Below, one piece after another: positions 44,716 to 58,873 of a DNA stretch of 64,000 nucleotides. Position 1 is the first letter of the stretch. Every line of letters begins with the position of its first letter. Origin of the DNA: the human T2T-CHM13v2.0 reference genome, Homo sapiens; the NCBI RefSeq assembly GCF_009914755.1, contig NC_060934.1. The stretch is one strand, 5' to 3'. Under the pieces are notes generated by a model, which was not told where the DNA came from, did not search any database, and saw only the letters and a list, made by a program, of their open reading frames with translations. The position numbers and the translations under genes were made by a program.

Positions 44716-45443
44716 TAGATAGTATTTAATTTTTTAATTAAATTAAGTTCTCTAAAATTTGGTTGCATTTTGGTCAAAATTAAAAGGAAAATTAAGAGAA
44801 CTCATTAACAATCTAAATTTAATACAACTGTAGGATATTGCCTACAGCAGAACTCTTCAAAGAAAGTACACATCAAATATGTTACTCAATTATTCAAAAT
44901 TTCAGTGAATTGCAATTTTTGAAAAGTGCTTCTAAAGAGAACCTCAAATGTATATAAAAACAAATTAAAGTGAGAATTAAATGGTGCATAATACTATTAA
45001 ATTGTGAAAGCCTGTATTTGCACTTTGTAATATTCAGCTTATGGGAAGACTCTTTTAATAGAGCTTCTATTTTAATTAGATAAGTTTATAGTCAGTGCCA
45101 AGGTGAAATAAAATTGAGATTCCTCAAGTCTTGCAACATCTAAATTTGGAGAATAACTAAAAATAATAAATTTAGATAACTTATTTGATGTTTTGTCTTG
45201 AAAAATGTTATAAACAAAAATATTTTGTGTGAAACCTAAACTACTACAACTATGTAAATAGAAGTTCAAAATGATTTAAATATAGTTTACTATTCATTTA
45301 TTGTGATTTACTCTGAAACTAGCAGATATGTAGCCTTTGTTGATTAGAAACATTAAATTATTATTGACTGAAAGACAATAATATGAGTCAATGAAAGCAT
45401 TAATTATTTAAAGATTTTTAACCATAAAATGCTATTTTGTCAG

Positions 45444-47794
45444 TGATATGATTTGGCTCTGCATCCCCACCCAAATCTCATTTTGAATTGTAATCCCTAG
45501 GTGTTGAGGGAGAAACCTGGTAGAAGATGACTGGATCATGGGGGGCATTTTCCCCATGCTGTTCTCATGATAGTGAGTGAGCTCCACAAGATCTCATAAT
45601 TTAAAAGTGTGTGGCAGCTCCCCTTCACTCTCATTCTCTCCTGCTGCCCTGTAAAGAGGTGCCTTCCACCACAGTTGTTAAGTTTCCTGAGGCCTCCCCA
45701 GCCATGCCAAACTGTGAGTCAATTAAACCTCTTTTTTAAAAAAAAATAAATTATCTAGTCTCAAGCAGTTCTTTATAGCAGTGTGAAAACGGACTACTAC
45801 AGAAAATTGGTACCAGGAGTGGGGCACTGCTATAAAGATACCTGCAAATATGGAAGCAACTTTGGAACTGGGTAGCTGTCAGAGGTTGGAACAGTTTGGA
45901 GGGCTCAGAAGAACACAGAAAGATGTGGGAAAGTTTGAAACTTCTTAGAGACTTGTTGAATGATTTTGACCAAAATACTGATAGTTATATGGACAGTGAG
46001 GTCCAGGCTGAAGTGGTCTCAGATGGAGATGAGAAACTTATAGGGAACTAGAGTAAAGGTCACACTCTTGCTATGCTTTAGCAGAGACTAGTGGCATTTT
46101 GCCCCTGCCCTAGAAATCCGTGGAACTTTGTACTTGAGAGAGACGACTTAGGGTATGTAGCAGAAAAAATTTCAAAATGTGACCTGGCTGTTTCTAAAAG
46201 TGTAGGCTCATATGCATGAAGAAAGAGATGGTCTGAAAGTAGAACTTATATTTAAAAGGGAAGCAGAAAATACAAGTTTGGAAAATTTGTAGCCTGACCA
46301 TGTGATAGAAAAGAAATAACTGTTTTCAAGCTGGCTGCAGAAATTTGCATAAGTGAAGAGGAACTGAATGTTAATAGCCAAGAATTCCCCAGTGGAAAAA
46401 ATGTCTTCAGGTCATTTCAGAGATCTTTGTGAAAGCCCCTCCCATCACAGGCCCAGGAAGCCTAGGAGGGAAAAATGGTTTTGTGAACCAGGACCAAGGC
46501 CCCGATGCTCTGTGCAGCCTCAGGACATAGCATGCTGCATCCCAGCTGCTCCAACTCCAGCCATGGCTAAAAGGGGCCAAGGTATAGCTTGGGCCATTGC
46601 TTCAGAAGGTGCAAGCCCCAAGTCTTGGTGGTTTCCACAAGGTTTTTGGCCTGTGGGTGCACAGAGGTCAAGAGCTGAGGCTTGGGAGCCTCCACCTTGA
46701 TTTCAGAGGGTATATGGAAACACCTGGATGTAGGCAGAAGTCTGCTGCAGGGGTGGAGCCCTGAGGAAAAATCTCTATTGGGGTAATTCAGAGGGTAAAT
46801 GTGGGGGTCAGAGTCCCCACACAGAGTCCCCACTGGGGCACCGTCTAGTGGAGCTGTGAGGAGAGGACCACCCTTCTCCAGGCTCCAGAATGGTAAATCC
46901 ACCAGCAGCTTTCACTATGTGCCTGGAAAAGCCACAGGCACACAACACTGTCCTGTGAAAGCACTGCAGGGGCTGTACCCAGCAGGCCATGGGGTGGAGC
47001 TGGCCAAGGACATGGGAGCCCACTGCTTGCATCAGTGTGTCCTGGATGTGAGATATGGAGTCAAAGGAGATTATTTTGGAGCTTTATGATTTAATGAGTG
47101 CCCCACTGGGTTTCAGACTTGCATGGGGCCTGTGTCCCCTTAGTTTTAGCCAATCTCTCCCTTTTGGAAAAGGAGTATTTACCCATTGCCTATACCCCAT
47201 ATTTACCCAATGCCTGTACCCCCATTGTATCTTGAAGGTAACTGACTTGATTTTTTATTTTACAGGCTCATAGGCAGAAGGGACTTGCCTTGTTTCAAAT
47301 GGGACTTTGGACTTAGACTTTTGAGTTAATGCTGGAATGAGTTAAGACTTTAGGGGACAGTTGGGAAGGCATGATTGGATTTGAAATGTGAAAAGGACAT
47401 GAGATTTGGGAAGGGCAGGGCAGAATAATATGGTTTGGCTCCATGTCCCCATCCAAATCTCATCTCCCATTGTAATCCTCATGTATCAAGGGAGTGACCT
47501 GGTGGGAGGTGACTGGATCATTGGGATGGTTTCCCTCATGCTGTTCTCATGATAGTGAGTGAGTTCTCATGAGATTTGATGGTTTAAAAGTGTGTGGCAG
47601 GTCCCCTTTCATGCTCACTTTCTCCTGCCACCTTATGAAGAAGATGCTTGCTTCTCCTTTGCCCTCCACCATGATTGTAAGTTTCCTGAGGCTTCCCCAG
47701 CCATCCAGAACTGTGAGTCAATTAAATCTATTTTCTTTATAAATTATCCAGACTTAGGTAGTTCTTTATAGCAGTGTGAAAATGGACGAATACA
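45444..47794 (+). mobile_element. Two-LTR THE1D-type element (LTR 45444-45801, internal, LTR 47426-47794)
   Basis: tgatatgatttggctctg..gtgtgaaaacggactactaca; internal start gaaaattggtaccaggagtgggg; flanks gtcag/gctag (degenerate TSD). Confidence 0.9.
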
Positions 47795-48124
47795 GCTAGA
47801 TATTATAGGTGAATGTTTTCCAAAAATTAGAAATAAGGCCATGTTAAAAAATAAAATTTTTTAGAAAAGTAGAGTAACCAAATATTAGGATATATACAAC
47901 AAAGGTATTGATTTAAACATATGATTATGAGCCACAAATAATTGTTCTGTTACTTTTAATGTTGAGATAATAATATTCATAATTTAATTTTTTGATTACT
48001 ATATACAGGTATTACAATTATAGTTTTTAAAAGCAGTTTTGACTAGAACTATTTTAAAGGTTTGCAAATCTCATAAAATAAGTTTTCTCAATAATTATCT
48101 TAAAATCTTTATTTTAACAATTAT

Positions 48125-48415
48125 CTTATAGAACCAATGGGTTCCTATGCCCACTGTGCAGTAACATACCAGTATACTAAGACAGCAGGGTTTGCAGCAG
48201 AGAAAGATATTAATGATCATAAGGCATTAAGTGAGGAGATGGGAGGAGGCCCTCAAATTCACCTCCCTGAGGAGTTCTTGATTAGAATTTCTAAGAGGAT
48301 CATGGAGGGCAAGGGCCTGGAGAATTAGGGTAGTTGTTTGGTCAGGTTAAGGGTGATGAAATCATTCATATATGGAAACTACAGTCTTTGGTAAGTCAGC
48401 TCCTTGTGGGGTCCT
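48125..48415 (-). mobile_element. ERV1 (MER4-group) LTR fragment
   Basis: gagatgggaggaggccctcaaattcacctccctgaggagttc..atggagggcaagggcctggagaatt. Confidence 0.55.
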
Positions 48416-48531
48416 TATATTTTTAAAAATTATTTTTAAAAAATGATTTTTATAAAGTTATTCAGCTAAAAGACTCAGCATATTTTCATGTTTAACCTAA
48501 ATCAAAACAAAGTGAAATTCAGAAAACCAGA

Positions 48532-48849
48532 TTTTTGTTTTGTTTTGTTTTGTTTTGTTTGTTGGTTGAGACAGGGTCTCACTGTGTCACCTAGGCTGGA
48601 GCGCAGTGGCACACTTATAGCTCACTGCATCCTGGACCTCCCTGGGCTCAGGTGATCCTCCCACCTCAGCCTTCCAAGTAGCTGGGACCACAGGAGTGTG
48701 CCACATCACTGGCTAATTTTTGTATTATTTGTGGAGACCTAGTTTCGCCAGGTTGCCCAGGCTGGTCTTGAACTCCTGGGCTCAGGCGATTCACCTGCCT
48801 CTGCCTCCTAAATTGTGGAAATTATAGGCATGAGCCACTGCACCTGGCC
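48532..48849 (-). mobile_element. AluJ with (TTTTG)n tail
   Basis: gagacagggtctcactgtgtcacc..gggctcaggtgatcctcccacctcagcc..gagccactgcacctggcc. Confidence 0.92.
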
Positions 48850-49464
48850 TACATTTAAATTAATATAATGGAAACTGAGAGCAATTGTTGTGGTTGACCA
48901 AGCTGGTAAAATAATAAAATTAGCTGTTTACAGTGGGACTAAGCATTTTTCAAATTTACATTTAGCTCAAATATTCAAATAATTAAGAATAGCTTACTAT
49001 GGAAAGATTCTGGAAACTGTTGGAAGAAGCAAGCTGATTAAGTCTCTTTAATTATTCTATATATCCTTTTTTAATATACACTTTTAATATACCTTTTTTA
49101 ATACACACTTTTTTAATATACACCAATACACACTGGTGACTTCTGTTAGAAATTGTGGAAGCAGCAATAAAGACAACACATAGCCTCTATTCCCAGAGGA
49201 CTTAAAGTGTAGTGAGAAAGGCAGACAAAGACAGATTTTGAATTTTGTAAATTAAGTGCTAAATTAGATCTATTTACAGATTTTGTTGAGAAACATAAGT
49301 AGGACACAATCTAGACTGCAGGGTGAGAGAGCAGTGGGAAATCTTGAAGGATGGTATATCTGGGTTGAGACCTGATAAGTGAGTAGGAATTCACATTGTC
49401 AAGAGAGCTATGTGTGTGTGTGTGAGAGCACACGCTTGTGTGTGTGTTTGGATCTGGGGGCAGA

Positions 49465-51080
49465 TTAATAATGTATTATTGGCTTAAAACAACACAAAAT
49501 TATTATCTTACAGCTCTGAAGGTCAGAAGTCCAAAGGGGTCTCAATGGGTTAAATGAAGGAGTCTTCAGGCTGTGTTCATTTCTTGAAGCTCTGAGGAAG
49601 AATACATTTCTTGCTTATCTGGATTGTTAGCAGAATTCAGTCCCTTGTATTTAGAGGACTGAAATCTTCATTTTCCTACTGGGTGTCAGTGAAAGTTGTT
49701 CCCACCTTCTAGAGGCTTGTTGCATTCCTTGTCTCACGGCCCATTCTTCCATCTTCAAAGCCAGTGTAGTAGTTTCTTATTGCTGCTGTAATAAATTCCT
49801 GTAAAGAAAAAACTGATGACTTAAAACAATGCAAATTTATCCTCTAAAATCAAGGTGCTGGCAGGACTGCATTTCATCTAGAGGCTAGAAGGGAGAATCT
49901 ATTTCCTTGCTGTAGAGAGTGCTTATACTTTTATGTTGCCTAAGTATTCATTTTAAAATATAAATTTAACATTATCAAAGCAGAAGCAGGGCTCAGTCAC
50001 CCTTGACACAGCGTCCAACACTATGCTTCACCCAAATGGTTCCACTCATGGCCAGAGAGAAAAACTTAGAGAAATCTCTCAGACCTAGCAAGGTAGGCTG
50101 CCTGCTTTCCTTCAACTTCCTTTAAAGAGACCATTCAGATGATTGCCCTCTAGCTTAAAGTGAACACCTCTCAATCACAGAGTGACCTTCTGGAACTTGT
50201 TCAGACTTTTTATCCTCACCAATTAAAGCACCCCGCAGGAAATCTGTTTGGGTATTCTCCTGGACCCAGTAAAAGCATTAGCCTATAAGTCCCTTTTCTC
50301 TCTGCTGGACTCCTTGACCTCTGCGTGTGTGGTGCATGCGTATGTGTCCTTCTGATGTGCTATGTGCCCCCCAGGGTCAGTAAGTACTAAAATCTCTTAA
50401 ACTTTCATGTAGTCATTGTCATTAAAGCCTTGATCTGCAATCTGATCCCTGATAGTAAGGCCTGCCTAAAGAGACCCATGCAGGCGGATTTCCTCCTGGT
50501 ATACTTGTGTCTCTTCCTGTCAGCTGCTGGAGATAGTAGTTACCAGCTAAATTGAAAATTTTATTCAAAATGCTTGCCTTTGACAATGTCTAAAGGCTGC
50601 CTGCAATCCTTAGCTTCTAGCACTTTCTGTCTTTTCTAAGTTTGTTACTCCAACCTCTGGTCTCACTGTCATATCTTTTGTCACTTTGATCCTCCTGCCT
50701 CCCTCCACTTATTAGAACCTTGGAATTACACTGGGCTTATCCAGATAATTCAGTATAATCTTCTCATCTCAAGATGCTTAGTTTAATCACACCTGCAAAA
50801 TCCTTTTCACCATTTAGATAATATGATCACAGGTTCTAGGGATCAAGAGGACATGTTTCTGGGGCTATTATTCAACACACCACTGCCAGGAATGGTGAGC
50901 CAAGGCCTTCTCTACACCTTTCTCTTTTACTCTCCAGTCTTCTAAGGATTTGAGACCTGGCCAATCTGAGATAATCTCCCTATGTTAATGTCCTTACCCT
51001 CAATCACATCTGTGACATCCCTTTTGCCTTTCCAGGGATTGAAGCAGGAACATCTTTGGAGGCTATTATTCTGCCTAACA
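49465..51080 (-). mobile_element. Nested MLT1 LTRs (outer ~49465-49763 + 50885-51080; inner ~49765-49910 + 50573-50884)
   Basis: Two sets of ggcttaaaacaa..attatc motifs and two MLT1-type ends (ggggctattattcaacacaccac ~50860; ggaggctattattctgcctaacaca ~51060). Confidence 0.75.
49911..50572 (+). mobile_element. ERVL-class solo LTR (subfamily uncertain) nested in MLT1
   Basis: Begins tgtagagag; 5-bp TSD cttgc at 49906-49910 and 50573-50577; interrupts an otherwise continuous MLT1. Confidence 0.7.
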
Positions 51081-51120
51081 CAAATGATGATAGGCCTTCT
51101 ATAGAAAAATAAAGCATAGG

Positions 51121-52698
51121 TGTGATATTGTGAAATATATATTAGGTCTGTGACCTTGTTTCCTGGCATACAATTCCTAAAACCTTTAGAATCTTCAGAG
51201 AAGTCCTTTTCTATGCTAATGAGTTGACTAATGGGCTGGCAGCCTGTAGCTAGCCTCAGGATGGGGGCTGATCACAGAAAGATCACAGCATGATTAGAGA
51301 ATTGGGATATTCAGTCCCACCCCTCACATTCCTCTGGTATGGGGAGAGGGGCTGAAGGTTAAGTTGATTACCGATGGCCAATGACATTAATCATTTATGC
51401 CTATATTATGAAGCCCCCATAAAAACCCAAAAGGACAGGGTTCAAAGGGGTTCCAGATAGCTGAACACACAGAAGTTCCTGGAGGATGGCACCCAGGGAG
51501 GGTATGACAGGTCTGTCTTCTTCCCCCATACCTTACCCAACACATCTTTGTATCTATATCCTTTGTAATATCATTTATAATAAATTGGGAAATATAAGTG
51601 TATAGAGCACCCTTGACATAAGTGACACCATCTTGGAAAACACTCATTTTACATTTTATAGAGTACTTAGCCAACAGGGACAAGATGATTTGCTTAATAA
51701 ATAAAGAATGAATCCAACCAGATAAGGACATAAACAAGCACATTCTTTTACTATCAGTTTTCACCAGAGGACTCTGTGGCCATACAAAGAGAAAGTCTTC
51801 AGCAAATCAGTCATCTAAAATGATACCATCTTGCTATCAATTGTGATAAGCACTCAACATCTGCTGCCAAAGATTATACCCACATCAAAGACTCTTCCTT
51901 GCAAGATCTATGGACTGCCCAGCCCAGACCCAGCCCAAACCAGGAGATCATTTTTGCCTTCTTCACTCTTTCTGGACTGGCTTGTTAACCTTTTTTTTTT
52001 CCTATTTCTTTTCTCATTGTTACACGTTACTTTGTGAAATATTTAATCTATAACATTTATGTTGCGTAATTATATTATTATGTATGGTTTGCAATATTGA
52101 CTGACTTGTGGAGTGGCTTGAGCCTGTGTGCCCATGGCTTTGACTATTGAGTGAATGGAAAATACTAACGAGAATTTCCTCCTTGGGAACTCCATGCAGC
52201 TTGTGGCTTTTATGATTGAGATAACATCAATAAAAGTTTGACGTTGTGGAAAGACACAAACATGCATGGACCTGGCTATCTCTGACCTTGTGCTGCTCAC
52301 CTGAGTGAGTGTTTCCCTAAGTTCCATGAGCAGCTCTTGAGAATTAATTGAACCCAAAGTGGTGGTCATGGGAACCCATCTTAAAGCTGGTTGGTCAGAA
52401 GTTCAGGGGGCTTGGACTTATGACCGACATCTGAACTGGGGACATCCTTGGGGACCAAGCCATCGACGTGTGGGATCTGACTCTACATCCAGGTAGATAG
52501 CATCAGAATTGAATGGGAGGACATCCAGTTGGTGTCTGTTGCACAATTGATTGCTAGCTTGGTGGTGGTAAGAAACAAGTTCCCCCACCACTCTATGCTA
52601 CCCCACCACATTTGGTCACAGAAGTATTCTGTATGGACTGTTGCTGCTCAATGAAAGACTAGAGGAAAGTATTTGGAGTGTGTTTGCTTCTGAACACA
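51121..52698 (+). mobile_element. MER21-type LTR split by an LTR48-like insertion (51599-52302)
   Basis: tgtgatattgtgaaatatatatt..cttttctatgctaatgag..; resumes as gtgtttccctaagttccatgagcagctct..tccaggtagatagcatcagaattgaat; the insert starts tgtatagagcacccttgacataagtgacaccatctt. Confidence 0.75.
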
Positions 52699-52761
52699 GG
52701 CATGGAAACTAGAGAAAATAATGTATATACTACTAAAACACGCAAGTAGTCTCAAAGGGTT

Positions 52762-54942
52762 TCTATTAGTCTATTTTCACACTGCTGGACATACCCAAGA
52801 CTGGGAAGAAAAAGAGGTTTAATTGGACTTACAGTTCCACATGGCTGAGGAGGCCTCAGAATCATAGTGGGAGGTGAAAGGCACTTCTTACATGGTGGTG
52901 GCAAGAGAAAAATAAGAAGGAAGCAAAAGCAGAAACCCCTGCTAAACCCATCAGATCTCATGAGACTTATTCACTATCAAGAGAATTGCACAGGAAAGAC
53001 CGGCCTTCAAGATTCAATTACCTCCCCCTGTGTCCCTCCCACAACATGTGGGAATTCTGGGAGATACAATTCAAGTTGAGATTTGGTGGGGAAACAGCCA
53101 AACCATATCATTCCACCTTTGGCCCCTCCAAATCTCATGTCCTCATATTTCAAAACCAACCATGCCTCCCCAGTAGTCCCCCAAAGTCTTAACTCACTTC
53201 AGCATTAACCCAAAAGTCCACAGTCTAAAGTCTCATCCGAGACAAGGCAAGTCCATTCCGCCTATAAGCCTGTAAAATCAAAAGTAAGCTAGTTACTTCC
53301 TGGATACAATGAAGGTATAGGTATTGGGTAAATACAGCTGTTCCAAGTTACAGGGCCCATGCAGGTCTGAAATCCAGCAGGTAAGTCAAACTTTAAAGCT
53401 CCAAAATGATGTCATTTGACTCCAGGTCTCACATCCAGGTCATGCTGATGCAAGAGGTGGGTTCCCATGGTCTTGGACAGCTCCGACCCTGTGGCTTGGT
53501 GAGTAAAACCTCCCTCCTGGCTGCTTTCAGGAGCTGGTGTTAAGTGTTGGCAGCTTTTCCAGGCACACGGTTCAAACTGTCAGTGGATCTACCATTCTGG
53601 GGTTTGGAGGACAGTGGCCTTCTTCTCAGAACTCTACTAGGCAGCACCCCAGTAGGGACTCTGTGTGGGGGCTCTGACCCCACATTTTCCTTCCACACTG
53701 CCCTAGCAGAAGTTCTCCATGAGGGCCCTGCCCCTGCAACAAACTTTTGCCTGGGCATCCAGGCGTTTCCATACATCTTCTGAAATGTAGGCGGAGGTTT
53801 CCAAACCTCAGTTTTTTTACTTCTATGCCCCCACAGTCTAACACCACGTGAAAGCTGCCAAGGATTGGAGCTTCCACCCTCTGAAGCCACAGCCCGAGCT
53901 CTATGTTGGCCCCTTTCAGCTATGGCTGGAGCAGCTGGGACACAGGGTACCAAGTCCCTAGGCTACACACAGCACTAAGACCCTTGGTCTGACCCAGAAA
54001 ACCACTTTTTTCTCCTGGGCCTCCAGGCTTGTGATAGGAGGGGCTGCCATGAAGGTCTCTGACATGTCCTGGAGATATTTTTCCCTGAAAATGGGTTTTT
54101 CTTTTCTATTGTGTAGTCAGGCTGCAAATTTTCTAAACTTTTATGCTCTGTTATCCTTTTAAAACTGAATGCCTTTAACAGTACCCTAGTCACCCCTTGA
54201 ATGTTTTGCTGCTTAGAAATTTCTTCCCCCAGATACCCTAAATAATCTCTCTCAAGTTCGAAGTTCCATAAATCTCTAGGGCAGGGGTAAAATGCCACCA
54301 GTCTCTTTGCTAAAACATAACAAGAATCACCTTTTCTCCAATTCCTAACAAGTTCCTCATCTCCACCTGAGACCACCTCAGCCTAGATTTTGTTGTTCAT
54401 ATCACTATCAACGTTTTGGGCAAAGCCATTCAACAAGTCTCTAGGAGGTTCCAAACTTTTCCATATTTTCCTATCTTCTTCTGAGCCCTTCAAACTGTTC
54501 CAATCTCTGCCTGTTACCCAATTCCAAAGTTGCCTCCACATTTTCAGGTATCTTCAGCAATGCCCCACTCTACTGGTACCAATTTACTGTATTAGTCCAT
54601 TTTCATGCTGCTGATAAAGGCATACCTGAGACTGGGAAGAAAAAGAGCTTTAATTGGACTTACAGTTCCACATGGCTGGGGAGGCCTCAGAATCATGGCA
54701 GGAAGTGAAAGGCACTTCTTACATGGCAGCAGCAAGAGAAAAATGGGCAAGAAGCAAAAGCAAAAACCCCTGCTAAACCCATCAGATCTCATGTGACTTA
54801 TTTACTGTCATGAGAATAGCATGGGAAAGACCGTGTCCCCATGATTCAATTACCTCCCCCTGGGTCCCTCCAACAACACATGGGAATTCTGGGAGATACG
54901 ATTCAAGCTGAGATTTGGTAGGGACACAACCAAACCATATCA
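52762..54942 (-). mobile_element. Two-LTR THE1C element (LTRs 52762-53110 and 54588-54942)
   Basis: Matching LTR pair; perfect TSD gggtt (52757-52761 / 54943-54947). Confidence 0.95.
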
Positions 54943-56384
54943 GGGTTGAAGTGTCCAATATAAGGCAAAAAAATACATAAGAAATGTTATAAAGTTATAA
55001 AGGGTTTGCCACATTAAAAGCTTTGCTTCATCATCATCTTTTTTTTTTCTCCGTTGAGGAACGGGGAGCCGCTGAAAAATGCAATGAAGAGGAATGATTC
55101 TGTTAGGTCTACAATTAGATTACAGATTATATTATCCTGCTAGCACAATCACAGGACACACTCACAATACATTTCCACCAGGATGTAATTTCTATGATGG
55201 AAGGCAATTTTGTTCCTTTTTTTTTTTTAACTGCTATATCCCAGCAGATAGAGCAGTGCTTGACACATAGTTGATTTTTAATAAATATTTATTGAATGAA
55301 TATAGGCATGCATGAATGAATGGATGGATGACTTGGCAGTAAGAAACTAATATATTTGTTGCAGGATGTAGATATACAATGCTGAGGGCCATAATTAAAT
55401 TTTAAAAGTGAAGTAAAATACCAAAACACCAAGAAATTGAATTAACCAGACTGAGACATTGATTTCAAATGGAAAATAGTAGAGGGAAATAACTCAAAAT
55501 GGCCACTTATTTTCTTATTTAGGCATATAGAAGCATTATAGTGCATTCATAGAGATAAATATTACAGGAAGAAATTCAGGTTTGTAGGAAAACAGAATTC
55601 TGGTTTGGACATGAGGATATCCAAGAGGAGAAAGCAGACAAAAGGATATTCAGGTGCAGAGCTCAGTGATAATATAGGAACATTTATATTCATTAAATAT
55701 ATACTCTTACTGTCTTTTATTGGAAAAAGGTTAATCTATACAAAAGATGATCTTAGTAGTAATTTTCTAATTGGATATGAATTTTATATCGTGGAGTGTA
55801 CTGAATGTGTTATATTTAGTGATTTGTTAAGATTTGAAGTATGGAATTGTTCTAATATTTGTGATATTATGAAGATAATTAAAGTACTAGACAATAAAAC
55901 AAACATGAAATATAAATGTAAAATTTTAAATAGTTCTATGGTTAATTTTTAGGGCCACAGATTTATATTTCTAGAAAGAATAAACCAGAAAATATTAACT
56001 ATTTTATGGAAGATAAATAAACATTATAATCTTGTTTGATTTTGAAAGAATGCCTCTGTAATTTGCAAAAGTAATGGAAGATTTGTCTATTATCATTTGA
56101 ATTTAAAAGTAGTTTTGCATACTACATTAGAAAAGTTTTTACCTTTTTTTGGCATTAATAAAAGTCTAGGTTACGAATAAATTTCCTAGAATTATGGGTC
56201 AAATAACATTGTCCCTTGAAGTTTTTCAACTTTCATTACCTGTTATAAAGAGGGAAATTATTACTTTTATATCTATTCTTATGATTTCAATATTTTAGAG
56301 ATTAAAACATTTTATCAGGAAATCAAATTAAGGTAATATTTTGTCCCAATTTTGAATTTAAAATTGAATAAAATAAACCTACTC

Positions 56385-56741
<357 letters not shown>

Positions 56742-57526
56742 TTAAAAACACAGGTATTGAGCTAACAGGGCAGTGGCCACTAAAAAAATTGTCTTAAAGG
56801 TCCTCTTGCCTCCTTAGGATGAGAGTTAAATCTGAAAAAGAAAGAATTTCTTATAAAAATTATGGAAGATAAGGCATGAAAATTATTACGCAAATAACCA
56901 ACCCTACTGTCTTTCTCACTCCCTGCCAATTGACATTTCCTAGTAAATTCCTTAGGTATTACTGAGGATATTCGGTCTTTTCAATTGTCTACTTTGTAGG
57001 CATTTAATTTTTATTTCTTATTTTTAGTTTAAATTTTTATTACAAATTTTTTCTTACATAAACAAAGATAAAAAAAATTACCTCCATGTAATTTTACCCA
57101 ACTTCAACAAATACCAGTATCTTCCATTCTTGTATATCTCACCCATTATTTCTGCTAAAGGTTTATGTTTTATTATTTTTTAAAATATTTCATTATGTAA
57201 CTGTAATAAATTAAGACTTTAAAAAACATAACCATAGAACAAAATGAATAATTTCTTAATATTCCAAGGCTCAGTGTGTTCAATTTTCACCAATTACCAC
57301 AAAACTATTCATATTCGTTAGCTCAAATCAGTATCCAAAGTCTCCTCGTTTGGCTGATAGTTCCTTTAATAATATTTTTATACAACAGTTTTCTCTCCTC
57401 CAGATATATTTCCTACAGTTTGCATTTAGATGAGCATATCATTTTGTAGACTCTTATCATGTTGCTTTATTCCATCAATTTCTATAAACTGGTATTTAAA
57501 TATAAAGGGTTTTTTAGATTTGCATT

Positions 57527-57679
57527 TCCTCCCCTTCCTGCTTCCTCCCTCCCTCCTTCACTCCTCCCCTCCTCTCCCCTCCCTTCCCCTCCCCTCGTCT
57601 CTCCCTCCCTCCCTCCTTTCCTTCCTTCCGTCCTTCCTTCCTTGCTTCCTTCCTTCCTCCCTTCTTTCCTTTTTTTTTA
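57527..57679. repeat. Polypyrimidine (CCT/CCTT-rich) tract
   Basis: About 150 bp that is almost purely C/T on the + strand. Confidence 0.92.
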
Positions 57680-58578
57680 TAGCAAGCACACTTCATAGAT
57701 TTTTCCGCACACATATTATTGCATCACATCATGAGGCACATAAACTCTGGTCATTTCAAATTAAATGATGTTAAGATTGAGTGAAGTGTTGTCTATCTGA
57801 TTCAATCCATTATAAAGCTATCATCATTTTACCTAGAGCTTTTAGCATCCTGAGGGGATTGTAAAGTGCTTGCTTTTCTAATTCTTATATCTCTTTTGCA
57901 TTTACTAGCTATGATTCTTCTAGAAAAAAATAATAAATTTTCTTCATTAATGATATAACTTCTCTGAAATATAGTCTGTGTAGGAAAGACATATCAATAT
58001 TTACTTCTTTAACTTTATGTTTAAATTTTTGGAATAATGAGTTGGTAATCTAATTAATCTTAAAAATCTTCAGTGATGTTATATTTTTAAATATATTTAT
58101 GGAGCATTCTCTTGAACCTACAGATTTTTGTTTCTTTGATGTTACATTCACTGCAGTTATCATTTTTGATATTTAGATGATCTCATTTTTCCCCAGTGAG
58201 AGTCTTTTCAAATTGCTTTCCTATTCCTACAGATATGACATCGTTATTTCTTGAAAGTTTTCTGGCCTTTAAGCCAAATAAAATACTCCAGCCTCATCTT
58301 GGAAATGTCTTGCTCAAAATAACAACAACAAAAATCAGCTCATTCTCTAAGGAGTACTAGCATTTTTTAGTGGGAATTTGTATTTGAAGACCAGGTATTT
58401 AAAGATGCTAGGATTGCTAAATATTACTAGGTTGTTATTGCCATCATATTCATCGAGAGAGATAGAAACTATGCAAATTTTTTAGAAAAATTAATTATAT
58501 TTTTATACTGATATTTTAAGTTCATGATCTAAGGTTGTCAAGTTTTTAATTGTTATTTTTGATTCATTATCTATATAC

Positions 58579-58873
58579 TTTTTTTTTTTTGAGTCAGAGT
58601 CTTTCTTTGTTATCTAGGCTGGAGTGTAGTGGTACATTCATAGCTTACTGCAAGCTCTGACTCCTGGGCTCAAGCAATGCTCTCATCTCAGCTTCCCAAC
58701 TTGCTAGAACTACAGGTGTGCACCACCATGCCTGAATAATTTGATGTATTTATTTGTAGAGATGTGGTCTTGTTGTGTTCTCTGACTGGTATCAAACTCC
58801 TGGCTTCAAGCAATCCTCCTATTTTTACCTCCCAAAGCTTTGGGATTACAGGAATGAGTCACCGTGCCTGGCC
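58579..58873 (-). mobile_element. AluJ
   Basis: Diverged dimer; TSD tcattatctatata (58564) / tcattatttacata (58874). Confidence 0.9.
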
